A stretch of DNA of 64,000 nucleotides from Tubiluchus corallicola (Eukaryota > Animalia > Priapulida), in the NCBI GenBank assembly GCA_030141605.1, contig JAQGDQ010000247.1:62001-126000 (forward strand), written 5' to 3'. Both the position numbers and the translations under genes were made by a program. The notes beneath the pieces are model-generated. The model was not told where the DNA came from, searched no databases, and saw only the letters and a list, made by a program, of their open reading frames with translations. Below are positions 1-14,054 of this stretch, in pieces (position 1 is the first letter of the stretch; each line of letters begins with the position of its first letter).

Positions 1-314
1 TAAGACTTATAGGTCTTGTAGGTCTGATAGACTATAGATATAGAACCTAAGACTGTAATTCTAGGTTCGAATCGATTTCGAATTAAAAAAAACTGAACCG
101 AATCGAATTCGAATTCAATTGTTACGATTTCGAATAAATTTTCGAGTCAATAATAAAAGTGTTCTCACAAAGATACTGTGCATTAAAACCTATAGGTCTT
201 ATAGGTCTGATAGACTATAGATATAGAACGTAGAACTATAATTCTAGGTTCGAATCGATTTCGAATTAAGAAAACTGAATCGAATTGAATGCGGACTTTT
301 GATGTTCACCTCTA
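1..314. mobile_element. End of a non-autonomous DNA element with a ~183-bp internal tandem duplication
   Basis: 1-110 is repeated at ~185-290 with tcgaat/attcga sub-repeats. It ends in gttcacctcta, a hAT-MITE-like terminus. Confidence 0.45.
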
Positions 315-1464
315 GTGCCCATTGTGTCAAGTGACTGATCTTTGCTCTATATAAACCTACAATGCATTAATCTAAACTAATCTGCATAAATAGGCCCTTT
401 AATTCATATTCACTCTTCTCACCTCCAACTATAAAACATCCATTAACACATTAAACTATTGGACAAAGTCATTGATACAAAAGTGTAAATGCATCGCCTA
501 CAGAAACAAAATACTCTTAGTTGAAATTCAGTTGTTTACCGTATTGTGACTGCTAAACCGAGGAAGACTCAAGCTTGTAAATTCTTGTCATGAATTCTAA
601 CATTATATTCAAGCTCATTGAACTTGCAGTTACGATCTACCTGGGGGCTGCCCATTAAGTGGGTAACCGTTCCTCTGACTGCCCACCAATCCGCCGAACA
701 AAATGAAAAACTACAGTGAGAGCTTGGGAACCAGGTTGATTACCTAGTGGCCTACTATGGGTAAAATGTGCAAAATACACCTTAGTGCTGAGGTTTCACT
801 GACGTAGCGGAGTTCGTGAGAACCTGTTACGCGTTCCATGTGCTACACGCGTTACGTTCTAAGTGCTGTGTTAACGGTTTTCTCGTAAAATAGACGGGAC
901 GGAACAAACAAGATAGCAAAGGGAACGCAGGGAAGAGAGGGAATTGTTCCCGGTAACTGGTGAGTGTCGCATTCTAGAAACAATAGAGTAATTGTGACGT
1001 CATGCGTATAAAATTACAGCAGTTATCATAATTTATGATAAATTCTTAATAAAAACTGATTGTTTCTGATTAAAAGCTGAAATTACTGCACTAAAAGAAG
1101 TTAAAATTGCTTTAATTTAGATTATTTTATTTATAATTACAGTAATGAAGAAAGAGTAATTAGTTTTGTTTATATAAGATATTATTTTCCCGGGAAAAAA
1201 TTCTGATAATTCCTTTCAATTTTCTTAATAGAAATTCCCTTTCTTTTGCGAGTGTGTAATTACTCTACCTATAAAATTTTATGATTAGTCCTATAATTGG
1301 TCTACCTATAAAATTTAATGATTAGTCGCATGGGCTAAGCAAACAAACTGAATTATGCATTTTAGCTTGCGTGGAACAAATTAATTTTACAAGAATCTTA
1401 GCAATTGAAAGACGTTACGTCAATCAAATCATTACAACTTACATTTGAGCCTAATTTGTTAAAT

Positions 1465-1740
1465 AAATAAATAAAGAAATGAATGAATGAATGAATGAAT
1501 GAATGAATGAATGATTGAATGAATGAATGAATGATTGAATGAATGAATGAATGAATGAATGAATGAATGAATGATTGAATGAATGAATGAATGAATGAAT
1601 GAATGAATGAATGAATGATTGAATGAATGAATGAATGAATGAATGAATGAATGAATGAATGAATGAATGAATAAATGATGAATGAATGAATGAATGAATG
1701 AATGAATGAATAAATAAATAAATATATAAACAAATAAATG
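1465..1740. repeat. (GAAT)n microsatellite
   Basis: Directly visible. Confidence 0.97.
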
Positions 1741-2469
1741 AACACAAAACACATTAAAATGCAAAAATACAAATTTATTATGAAAGGTGTTACCTATAGC
1801 TATTACGATAGTTTTACGATAGATATTATGATAGATATTACAATATTAAAAAAGGGAACAGAATATTTTCGATGTTAAAGTCTGAGAAGTATGAAAGTAT
1901 ATAAACATTAAGGATCTGTAATAAGTTAATACCAACAGCCTATCTGCATTAACTCATTATGCAGGGTGAACTTTCAACTCATTACAGCTCATTATTAATT
2001 TATGCTTCATAATTTGTTTCTTTATTTAAAATTTAGATAAAAAACACCACGAATATGTTACAAAGTCCACAGTTTTTGTTTAGCATTGTACTGTATAACT
2101 ACTTTCTTTATACTAGAAGTGTCTTCATTTGTCTCAGCAACGGTTTTCAAAGTGATGGTAGTGAAATATAAATCATGCTACAGCTTCATTTTGATATAGA
2201 TAATTCACTCTCTAGTAGTAAAGCCAACGATCGGCTGTATGAAAAAGTTTGAACGGGGTGCGAGTTCGAAACTGCTCTTAGTAAATATTTGCATCTCTAC
2301 AGAGCAATCACATCTCCACATTTTCTTTCTGTGAGTTTGTAGTTGCTTCAGTTGCATTCCGCAATTCATGTTTTAACTTCGACTTATTGTAGTCTCCTGC
2401 CTGGAGTTGCAGATGGCTTGTCTGGGCCAGCATTGGTGAAATGACATAATGACACAAACAATTATCACC

Positions 2470-2530
2470 GTCATCATCATCATCATCATCATAAGCATCA
2501 TCAGCATTATCATCGTCATCATCATCATCG

Positions 2531-2563
<33 letters not shown>

Positions 2564-2601
2564 CCATCATCATCATCATCATCTTCTTCTTCTTCTTCTT
2601 C
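2470..2601. repeat. Compound (ATC)/(GTC)/(TTC) microsatellite
   Basis: Directly visible. Confidence 0.95.
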
Positions 2602-4125
2602 ATTACCTGCACCACTGCCATCTTGTTTTCAAAACGACTGTATAATTTGTGACAGCTCTTTGCTAGTAAGACTGTCTTGGCAAGAATGTGGGTCACACAT
2701 TTGAAGTTGATACCACCAAAGAAGCTTACCACCATGTTATTAAAGGCTGGACAGTGGTCAGGCAGATTAATCATCCAACTCCAAGTCTGATGGATGTGTT
2801 GAATAAGTTGACCACAGGTCAGTTTACCACAGGCGATACATTGAAGTTCTCTCACTGTAACTATCAATGCTCTATTGAGGCATCTTTGCCAATAGGCCTA
2901 GCACTTTCATGATTTCATTCATCTTCACAACTTCTATTTTTGCGGGATTGTTTTTGTTGAAGGAATTCGAACAATTACTATCATCTTGTGCTTTAGTATC
3001 TCTTTTTCTCCCTCTTCCCGTTCTTTCTCATTCCACCGATCTCTTTCTGTCCTTCTTTTTCTCCTTTCTCTCCATTTTCTCTTCATTTTTCTTCTTTTCC
3101 GTTATCTTTCTTCTGTTTTGCCCTTTTCACTCATTTTTCCATTATCCTCTTCATTCCAAGTTAAAATTTCAAGCTTTTGTGACATAAATCTTTATACTAT
3201 AGTACATTAACATTGTACCATTTTTAGTCCCTTTTGTATCATTTATCATTTTAAACAATTTAATTTGCATGATGTGACATTGATTAAGCAAGTCTGGGTT
3301 GATATATTGGCGTGTCCTGTTTATAATAGGCATGAATAAAAGTGATTTCAAGGGGTCAAGCAGTTGCTTATTTCGAAAGAGCTGCAAACCTGTATAAAAT
3401 AAGAATGTTATCTTGAATAAGAGATTTACATATTGGCCCTATACTAAAGAAAGCGCCATTTTGAATAAGATATTTATATATTATTCTTGTGTTACAGATT
3501 ATTGTATGATTGCCAGCAGTGTCGATTCGAACTTTACTTTGAGAATAACTTTAATGGCAGATTTTAAGATTTTCTCTATCAGTTGTTGCAAAATGAGTAA
3601 GGCCCATAGTTAGTTGTGGCAGTTTAAAACAGCACCTAAAAGCTAATCGATTTTAAATCACATCTATGACGGTGCTATCTTTGGTTTTCAGCACTAAGTC
3701 GTTAATTATGCCACACTGCCTGCTTTATTTTCAGGAAATTATGAAAATTGTTGTCCTCGTTAGTTCACAACGACCTATTTGGGAAGGACTTTGAAAGTGA
3801 TTTATCGCTGCTTACTGCAGTGCAGTGTAACAAGTGTATTTTTAAGTAAACGTTGTTTGTTAAGTAGTTTTTGTCTTGCAGATTTTGTACTTTGTCGTGA
3901 GAAAGCAGAACGAGGATGCGTTGACACTAATGGGAATTTAGTGATGTTATTTGTCCTTAAAAACTCTTCTTACATATAAAAGAGGATGCTGATTAGATGT
4001 TTATCTTTGGGACATTTGCGGCACTGGTGATAGTAATGTAGGCGCAAAATTGTATCACGACAGCTTTGCATTTTAAGTAAACACGGAGAGGATAGTAGAA
4101 AAATGAGTGTTCAGAATAAAAGACC

Positions 4126-4139
4126 AGAGAGAGCGAGAG

Positions 4140-4222
<83 letters not shown>

Positions 4223-4258
4223 AGAGAGAGAGAGAGAGGGAGAGAGGGAGAGAGAGAG
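4126..4258. repeat. (GA)n microsatellite
   Basis: Directly visible. Confidence 0.97.
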
Positions 4259-4540
4259 TTGGGAAAGGGGTGGGGAAGAATGAGATAAAGACACATTCTT
4301 ATATCGCACTAATATTTGCTTTACATTTTTGTGTATCGAGAAAATCTGCTTACTAAAACGTGGAAAAGCAGAAAAGAAAGTTTATTTTGCTAGATCTGAG
4401 ATGAAAGGTTGGCCTTGAATAATATTTATGAGTCTGTCAGGTATACATTAATTAATTAAAGTACTAGCAAACCTCTACAAGCTGCAAACATCCTATTCAC
4501 CATTAGTATTTTAGAATGATGTCTAGGTAATTCAGTTCTT

Positions 4541-5210
4541 GTATTTTACTAGAACGTAGGGCTCTGGAGTTACTATGCTGTATTTTGTTAGAACGTAGGG
4601 CTCTGGAGTCACTATGTTGTATTTTGTTAGAACATAGGGCTCGGGAGTCACTATGCTGTATTTTGTTAGAACGTAGGGCTCTGGAGTCACTATGCTGTGT
4701 TTTGTTAGAACGTAGGGCTCTGGAGTCACTATGCTGTGTTTTGTTAGAACGTAGGGCTCTGGAGTCACTATGCTGTGTTTTGTTAGAATATAGGGCTCTG
4801 GAGTTACTATGCTGTATTTTGTTAGAACGTAGGGCTGTGGAGTCACAAATGTAGGGCTCTGGAGTCACTATGCTGTATTTTGTTAGAACGTAGGGCTCTG
4901 GAGTTACTATGCTGTATTTTATTTGAACGTAGGGCTCTGGAGTCACTATGCTGTATTTTGTTGGAACTTTGGGCGCTATCTCGTGACTGTTAGAACATGA
5001 GGCTCTAGATTCACAGTCAGTCTTGCATTTTGGTAGAATGCGGGACTTTGGACTAACCGTTTTGTGATTGATAGAACATGTAGTTCTGGGTTCACTGTGC
5101 TGTATTTTGGTAGAACGTCCTGCTCTGGATTAACTGTCTCCTGATTGGTAGAACATGGGGCTCTGGATTCATTGTTTCGTGATTTAGTAGAACGTGGGGC
5201 TATGGATTCA
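4541..5210. repeat. 39-bp minisatellite (gtattttgttagaacgtagggctctggagtcactatgct)
   Basis: About 11 near-identical units to ~4975, then progressively degenerate units to ~5210. Confidence 0.95.
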
Positions 5211-5399
5211 TTATCTTATTCCTGACTATGTCCCTGCAACGTCATCCTGCTTTTAACAAGCTTCTTAAGAGGGTTTGAGCAATTTTTTGGTACAGCCTGG
5301 TCTTATTTGCTCGCATTTAAGGAGAAATCGGAAATAGAAAAAATCATTGGTTCATTCCTTCATTACTCAATTAATGTACTCGAGTATTAGTTCGTTCGT

Positions 5400-5590
5400 T
5401 CACTTCATTCATTCATTCATTTACGCATTAATTAATTAATCAATCAATCAATTAATTAATTAATTAATTAATTAATTAATTAATTAATTCATTCATTCAT
5501 TCATTCATTCATTCATTCATTCATTCATTCATTCATTCATTCATTCATTCATTCATTAACTCATTCATTCATTCTTTCATTTACTCATTT
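5400..5590. repeat. (TTAA)n/(ATTC)n microsatellite
   Basis: Directly visible. Confidence 0.95.
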
Positions 5591-6248
5591 GTTAAATAAG
5601 TAGTTGGTTTAGTTGTCCATTCATTCATCAATTCAGTAGTTTAAGAATCATATAAAACAATTATGACCGAATTAACGTGTCACTGTCTTAATAAAATGGC
5701 CGAAATATTATTAGGAAATTATTTTTGTTTTGCGCAAAAGAATCACAGTTTTAATACAAAATTTTGCTGCACGTGTTGTGCAATGTCACTTTTTCTGTGA
5801 CCATGATGATAAAATAACGCGGAAGCAAAAAAGCAAAGTGCAGATACAGCTTTACAATCACAGCATGATAGTCACCTCTTGCACCTCCTACGTACCTACT
5901 CAGAACATGATTTGGGTGCAGAAAGGACAACTGACAAGCGTGAATGTCCATAAATGTTATGTAATGAACTCGTTTGTCATTTACAGGGAGCACTAGGGTC
6001 TCCAGGGTTTGGGTCAAAATACAGCAGGAGTACAGAATACAGAGTACAGCTCAATGCTTTAATCAACTACGAACAGCGCATTATAATTTTTTATACAGTT
6101 TATTGCATTTCAGAAAGTCGTTTCGTTCCCAACTCTTCGTATAATCCAAGGGACAATTCGGAAAGAAAAGCAGTATGAAATTTTCCACAAAATTTGTGAC
6201 AACTAAGTGTTATCACGATTATGTACATTTTAGTGTGTTATAACCACA

Positions 6249-6685
6249 ACAGACATTGAAGTTTATTTAACACATTATTATTAGTACTACACAAAAATTC
6301 ATAGTTATTATTAAACAAAGGAGACTTATAAAAAAATAAATTAAATAACTTACTTTTTTCTGGCAAATTTCGAATGCGTGCTTTGCGTTAAAGATCGCCA
6401 TGTTTCGCGTCTTTGGCGCGAGTGAGCGAGAATGACGTACGAGGTACAGAAAGCGTCTTTGGTTACCGATGTCTGTGTTTCAATCCTTGGCGACCACGTG
6501 ACTGTACTCATAACGTCATTCGTCTTGCGCAACGAAAATGGTGGTTGTTCAAATACAATACTGCCAACAACGAAGTGATAAAACACCAAAGTTTTACAGT
6601 AAGTTTACAACGAAATATTCGTAATGTGAGTAAGACTTTAAGTTGTAAAAGCTTATATTATAGTGAGGGCTTAGTTTGACTTTAA
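6249..6685 (+). mobile_element. Dispersed non-autonomous element, copy 1 (TTAA-flanked, Kolobok-like)
   Basis: Collinear with 13463-13935, with a near-identical core tggcgcgagtgagcgagaatgacgtacg...aacgtcattcgtcttgcgcaa. Confidence 0.75.
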
Positions 6686-7356
6686 TATAAATTGTCACCT
6701 AATAAAATATGTAGAAATAAACTCGCTTTAAAGAAGTCCCAATCATTTGGGTGCTCCTATTTTGAACGCTTATTCTTCCACCAATGACGTTGTCTATCGG
6801 GCGAAGAAAAGCAACTCACTGTCAATTTCTGTCAATGGTATAAAAAAGTTAAAAAAAATAGATGAAAAGTTTTTATACGAACATTAGGTAAAACTGCAAA
6901 AGTTTGAATTAGTTTAAGTAGCTCACAGAAAGCTACGATGCACTTATGAAAAGTCACGAAGTTTAAAAGTTCCGTCATAATTTTGAAGTGTTACCAGTTG
7001 CGTCATAATTTTGAAGTGAATGGCGATTACCACCGAGGCTAGATTTTTCTGTAAGTGGTAACAGTAAATAAACCAAAGTACTAAAAATTTGCCTTGTCTT
7101 TTCCAAAATGCCTTGTTTTATTCCTTTAAATAAAGTGCCACGTCAGACGCGCGCTTTAGGTTGTCATTTCGGTCTGAGCACTCGTGTACATAAGCTAACT
7201 TGACCCGATCCTAGCTTAGACATAAAACCATTGTATCACTTTCCAAAGTCTTCAGCTGAAGGCCTATCGTTAAACAATATAGAAGGTTTAGCAGTTTTTC
7301 GTCAGTAGTAGGATTTATACCATTGACACCGAAAAAAGGGAAGCCTGGTCATTTTC

Positions 7357-7392
<36 letters not shown>

Positions 7393-8599
7393 TATTTTTA
7401 TATTTCATTTTCGTTAAACGAGATCTAATGGCGATTTCTACTGAGTCGAAAACTATCATGTGTTTTATGTATAGCGCTGTAGTGGCTTTGAACGATTAAC
7501 CGTTTTAAACTGAATATAGTATGGAATGAGAAGCACTGGGTTTGTCGCTTGTTGAATTTCTTTCTGCCAAACTGCCTGAATATATATCGTTTAGAACACC
7601 AATTAGCATTGCCATGGATTCATTTGGTGAATATGTTCAGAATGCCATTTAGTGACGCCACGGAATCCGTTTTGCGGCCAAAATGTAGAATAAAAGAAGT
7701 TAATTCATTGTGGAATCACAGTACATAAACCGGCTACATAAACGTGAACATCGAAAACCAGCATGAGAAAGAGACTGGATTCACGGTGAAAAAGACCTAT
7801 TTATAAGGATACATCGCAAGCGCGTAAGTCAATAAGCAGTAGTTCAGCGGTTCCATTTTTGCTTGTGTCTTTTATTGTCAAGCGATGTTGTTATGCGACC
7901 AATTTTACTCAAACTCTTTACCGTTTAACTGAGCAAATTTATTGTAAACTTTTCCTTTAATAAAGCTCAAAACCAGCTAAGAAAAGAACAATTTCACGGG
8001 TAAAACAGATAATGTAAGTAAAGCCTATTCATCACTATTAACGTCTGAAAATCAAATTGAGCAATTGAGCGCAAGAATCTAATTCAGTGTCGTAGAAGAA
8101 TACCCAAAGGCCGGTTCACAAGTGCCCAAGGGTCTACTGCTTTGAAGTGTAGGACAGCCGTGAAGCGTACGCGTCTCTGCCTTTCTCGTTTTCTTTGTCA
8201 AACTTCATTAAGCAACCGGCTTACATCTAGCGGTTGAAATTACGCTGTTTTACTGCTATTGTTGCAATTATCTATGGTTCTGTCTGCATTTAACTATGGT
8301 TCTTCTACTGACCTACATTCTATAGCGTCTACACTTTATTGTCTGCGATGTCTCATACGCCCGCCTGCCGTCTTTTGTTTGACAGAATGCGTTCCACCCC
8401 TCGTTCTAAACTTGCATCGATCATTAAATTTTATGCTTCCCGTTTTTTCGTCATTTCCTGGGCCATTTTACTTTTATTTGTTACTTTTCCACATTTTTTT
8501 CTCCACTTCTGCTTTCACTGCCTACACGTCTATAGACAATCATACCTTGTGTTAGGTTAAGCTGTTAATCGTCGTCGTTTTTCTTTCTGTTTGTTTGGT

Positions 8600-8950
8600 C
8601 TGTCTTTCTTTCTCTACCTCCTTTTCTCTTTCTCACTCTCTCTCTCTGTCTCTCTCTGTCTCTCTCTCTCTCTCGTTCTCATTCTCTGTGTCTCTTCTCC
8701 TTCTGTTTTTCGTTCTCTCTTGCCCTCTTCTTCCTGTCCCCTTTTCTTTCTGACATTTCGATTCTGTTTCTTTTTTCGTTCTCTCTCTCTCTCTCTTTCT
8801 CTCTCTCTCACTCTCGTTCTCAGTAACTGTGTCTCTCCCCCTCTCTCTGCTTTTTCTGTTTTTCGTTCTCTCTTTTCCTCTTTTCTTACCCCTTTCCTTT
8901 CGGACTTTTCGTTTCTGTTTCTTTCTCTCGTCTTCTCACTCTGTTTCTGT

Positions 8951-9013
<63 letters not shown>

Positions 9014-9110
9014 CTCTTCCAATCTCTTTTCTCTCTCTCTTTCTTTCTGCCTTTTCTCTTTTTTCTCGCTTCTATCATCTCTTTTTTTCTATTTACCCAT
9101 CTCTTTCTCG
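8600..9110. repeat. (CT)n-rich polypyrimidine tract
   Basis: Directly visible. Confidence 0.95.
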
Positions 9111-9823
9111 TTTATGTAATCACTTTCATCTCATTTCTCTCGCTATCGGTTCTAAATACAGTTTTTTGTGAGATGAACTTATTCCAATTTTTGTTGGTTC
9201 ACAGTGGTAAAAATTCATGTTTCAAACTGTATAATTGTACGACATTGTTATAAACTCATACTAAATGTACTGTGCATAGATATCAAAGATATGGCAATCG
9301 AACTTAAATGAATTGAAAATGCCAGGCAGTGAATAATACACAATAGACCACACAGAGAGTGAAAATTTATTCAGATTATAAGAGGAGAGATATGACTGGA
9401 ACTCGGGGTTAGCAACGGGGCAAGTAAACACCAGTCAAAGATGAGAAATAATCAACGCAATCATGGTAATTTCTCCTACCCAGTTGCGCGTCTGAGGAGG
9501 TCAAAGAAAAAACTGACAAAGAAAATTTCGATAACTGGTCTAGATAATGCTAACCATGGTTTGTCTAATAGTATTGCCAATAATAAGCCTAACAGTTCAG
9601 TGCCCGACGAAAATGCACTAATAAGTTCCACTTTGCAGTTGAGACGTTGAAGTGCAATTATTGTAGGCGTTCCAGGCGATATGGTTGGAGACTAAAACAG
9701 GAAACAATATAAGTAGGTACTGCAGGTCTTAAATCTGCATGGAAAACAAGATAAAGAAAATGGAAGAAGAAGAAAGGGTTGAATACAGATGTTAGTTTGA
9801 CAGGTTTGAAAATGAGACGGCGT

Positions 9824-9984
9824 GAGGGAGGGAGGTAGGTAGGTAGAGAGAGACACAGAAAGAGAAAGAGAGAGAGAGAGACAGCGAAAAAGAAAGAGAG
9901 AGAGAGGGAGAAAGAGAGAGAAGAGAGAGAGAACGAGAAAGACAAAGAAAGAGAAAGAAAGGGAGAGAGAAGGGAGAGAGAAGG

Positions 9985-10056
<72 letters not shown>
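9824..10056. repeat. (GA)n-rich tract
   Basis: Directly visible. Confidence 0.95.
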
Positions 10057-10058
<2 letters not shown>

Positions 10059-10239
10059 AAATGATGAGAAAGCAAAATAGGGTAAAAGTTAAAAGTGTCA
10101 CACATAACAAGTTTGCAGTTATCACTTACTACTTTAACAAATCTTTATTATCTGTGCGGAATTTTCACCTGAACGTCACAAAAATGAACAACCTGCTTAC
10201 TTAATCATCCATCAGCAGATTCACAATGCTGAATGTCAG

Positions 10240-10790
10240 CATATTAAAACTTTCACACCTTGATTGGCTGATTCGAGAATAATAGAAGACCCAGTTTTAA
10301 TCTCCTGTTGCTGTGAGACTGTAGAATATTTTCATAATTGTTAACAATGCATGCTGTGTATGCGATCAACAGTTATCAAATCAGTTCAAAAGTGAATCTA
10401 TTTTAATCCTCACGTTTCGGAAGACTGTAGAGTACTCTTTTTACACAATTAAATAAAGCACAACATTATTTTGTGGACTTGTTACCTTAACAGTCTTTAT
10501 AATAATGAATTAGGAGACGAAAAAGAACAAACTAGTCATCAGCATAAGCACTTGTATTGAAATCAAAAATGAAAAGAAGGTATTTGATGTAGATAGGAAA
10601 AAGCAGCGGTCCTATGGTTGGTCCTTGTAGTAGACCTTAATATAGTTAAAAAAACAGCAGTCCTGTGGTGGACCCTTGTGGTAGCTTAGATGCGGCACGA
10701 AAAAGCGGAGCTCCTATGCTGGATCCTTGTGATAGACCTTAATATAGATAAGAAAATGTAGTGGTCCTATGGTATATATTTGAGATACAC
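10240..10790 (-). mobile_element. Degenerate CR1/L2-type LINE reverse-transcriptase fragment
   Basis: Minus strand reads GLLQGPTIGPLLFPIYI (compare GVPQGSILGPLLFLIYI), followed by YADD at 10535-10546. Stops and frameshifts are present. Confidence 0.7.
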
Positions 10791-10871
10791 TGTAGTTTGA
10801 ATTCTGTGCCAACATAATAATTATATATATATATATATATATAATTATTATTATTATTACGTATAAAAATA

Positions 10872-10965
10872 TACACTTTACAAAGATAAAGATGTTAGTA
10901 AAACAGGCAATGCGATGTTACTAACATCGCATTACCTATTTTACTAACATCCTTATCTTTGTAAA

Positions 10966-10970
<5 letters not shown>
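10872..10970. mobile_element. 99-bp palindrome, probable Tc1/mariner-type MITE in TA-rich DNA
   Basis: 49-bp arms with 4 mismatches and a 1-nt loop. TA-CA(G/C)...CTG-TA ends beside (TA)n. Confidence 0.6.
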
Positions 10971-10999
<29 letters not shown>

Positions 11000-13462
11000 T
11001 ATGTATGTATGTCTATATTTCACAGGAGCCTATGGCAAGCAATAAGTTACTTTGGAAGGTAAAGGGCGACACTGCTTTTCCTTTCAAAAAGGAGCACAAA
11101 CATTCAAATAATTTTTGGTCCATAGAAGTTTCTTTGACACAAAAGTAGCTATTGATTTGTGGCGGGAAATAGCAGAAACTTTGTGTTTTGGCCACTGGCT
11201 TTATAAACTGTCCCCCTATCTGCCAAGTGTTTTAAATTATACTTTTCGTAGTAAAATGGATTTTTTTTTCAATATTCGTAAGTTCTTGAATAATTTGCTT
11301 CCATTCAAATTGTTTTATTGCCTGAAATTTAGAGTTTTGAGTCGTTTTATATTTATGCTAGATAGATACTTAGAGATGCCGTGCTTTTATGTGTTCCGTT
11401 TCTATAGCTTTCTTGTGGCAAGTGTATAATTGTAGCATTTTACTGTTTTATTTTTGGGGCGCTCAGTCTGCCATCATCATCATCATCATCATCTAGCGCC
11501 AGACCAATTTTACTGACAATAAAGAGAATAGGAAAACGAATAAACCTTCGTACGTAAACAAAACCGACCCTTGTTATTTGCAAGTAATTTATAAGTTTTG
11601 TAAGCTACTATAAACATAATATCGTATCTAACCTCATCTATATTAAATTTAATGATTTTATTTGGCAAATTTGATAATTAGCGCACGTCCTTGAAATTTT
11701 GGCGACACAAACCTTGCTTAGATTAACCCTTTGTGCACGAATCATGCGTGATTATCAGCTATGCAACAATAGTCATCTTTGCCTCATTGCCTATATACAC
11801 AAAGGGAATATTAGTTATGATTACCGGAAATTAGCAACAAACACTTAAAGGAGTCGACATTGCCACTTATACAGCATTATTATTTTCACAAGTTCAAGGG
11901 ATGAGCTAATCCTAACCCTAATCCTCTACATCTTGAAGTTTTTGGCTGCTTGACTGATCGTAGTTTTCTACAGCAGTTTTGCTTGGATGGTTTATAAATA
12001 AACAAACTGCACATCTTAGAAATTTCTATTCCCACCGGAACGCCTAAGGGCGTGACCTTCTTTACAATCTCTACCTCTTTCAAATAACCGTTATCTCGCC
12101 CGGTTTTATGACAAAAGATATTTTTATATTTATTTTATGACATCGCAACCACATCTGCTATAAGCAATGACGACCAAACCTGTATGCTACGAAGGACAAA
12201 GTTATTAATGTACAGTTACAGCACAATAAACACAATTAAATGCAAAACATTTTCCTGTTCGCGTTTGCCGGATCAAGCTTGCAATTTTTGCTTGATCAGC
12301 ATTGCGTTGCAACATCAATCCTTATCTTTTACCGTGCGTATTGATTAGTAATGCATATTTTCCATGTTATTATAATTGTAGTAATGCGCATGGAAATAGT
12401 TTGCTAGTTTATAAAATACTTGACCTCATTTTTAATAACTCACTTCTTCCTCTTGTTTGTTTTCATTTGATTAAATTAAATTAATTCATTATCGTTACTA
12501 TCATAAATCTGTTTATTGAATCTTTTATTTCTTTTAATAGGCCCGTGTTAATAAGTTATCGTCTAACAATAAGCCAACATTGATAATTATTGGTTATATC
12601 TGATAAAACACTCAAAAAGTAAATGCAGTAATAGCAAACCATTCGGTCACTCGCTACTCACAGATAACAAATAACAAACTCCTTTCAATACACAAACAAA
12701 CAAATTGATTAACCCATCAAATAATCGATAATGGCCATATGATAAACACAATCAATTGACTTTCTAACCTCTCATGGTTGTTACCTAGTTAATAACATAA
12801 AAGTATGTAAACAAATTTGATCACGAACAGAGAGGTATTTGTCCTGCTTCCCTGGTGATACCATAATGACGTTTAGCTGAACGTTTTTGCTTGTTTACTG
12901 AATAATTGTCAATAACCCAGTGTTTTAGCCAAGTGTAACTTTCACTAACAGGGTTAAGGAAACGTTTGCTTTGCACAAAGATAACCTCAGTGTAACATAA
13001 TTATAATGACAGTAAACTAAAGAAGCTTATAGTCATCTGCAGGTTCACATGTATTGAAGCTTATGAATTGCTCCATCTATTGGCCAAAACTATAAATGTG
13101 GGCATTTTTATACGGTTTTGCTCCAATATTTTATGGATTTAAAGAAAAAAATCACTTGATATTATGCAAGCAGGGGTTTGCAGCAGCAAAATTTTGCAAC
13201 AATGGAGCTTTTCAACAAAGTTCAACTATTTTTCTTTCTGTGAGAACTTGCTCCTGTAATAACCATACCAGCCGTTTCACCCTAATTATTTTTCTAAATC
13301 TTGTTTTTGAGTCACAAAGGTGCATTTTTGTGCCTGTACAGTTCCAGTCCATTTAATATGTATAGTCTTGAACTTGGGCAGTAGTTGCTAATACAAAAGG
13401 AGACCGCCGTCTCTTGGAAACCTGTTGATTCGGAACAAATTTGGAAATGCTTGAAATGCGAT

Positions 13463-13935
13463 TTAAAGGCCTACGTAACCTCAACAGACACTGAATTTTT
13501 TTAAACACATTATCATGATTACACAAATAATTCATAGTTATTACTAAACAAAAGAAACTCATAAATTAAATAACTTCCCTTTTTCTGCCGAATTTCGAAC
13601 GCGTGCATTACCGTAAAGACCACCATGTTTCGTTTGGCGCGAGTGAGCGAGAATGACGTACGAAGTACAGAAAGCGTCTTTGGTTACCGATGTTTGTTTA
13701 GCAATCCTTGGCGACCACGTGACTGTACTCATAACGTCATTCGTCTTGCGCAAAAAATGGCGGTTCTTGAAATTTAATACCGCTAACAGTGAAGTGATAA
13801 AAAATCAAAAGAAACAAGTTTATAATAAAGTTTTATCAGTACGTTTTTAATAAAATAAATTTAATAGGTACAATCACAGAAGGATTTTAAGTTGTAAATG
13901 CTTATATTATATCGAGGGTCTAGTTTGGCGTTAAT
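13463..13935 (+). mobile_element. Dispersed non-autonomous element, copy 2
   Basis: Begins ttaaagg and ends ...ttaa. Homologous to 6249-6685. Confidence 0.75.
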
Positions 13936-14054
13936 GGTGGTATTGAAGTGATGAAGCATTTCTAAAATAAGAATAAATGTGTTTGAAACCTACTCTTGAA
14001 TTATACAATAATAATATTGGCTGTGAGTTCTAAAAACGTGCCTACAGAAACTAT

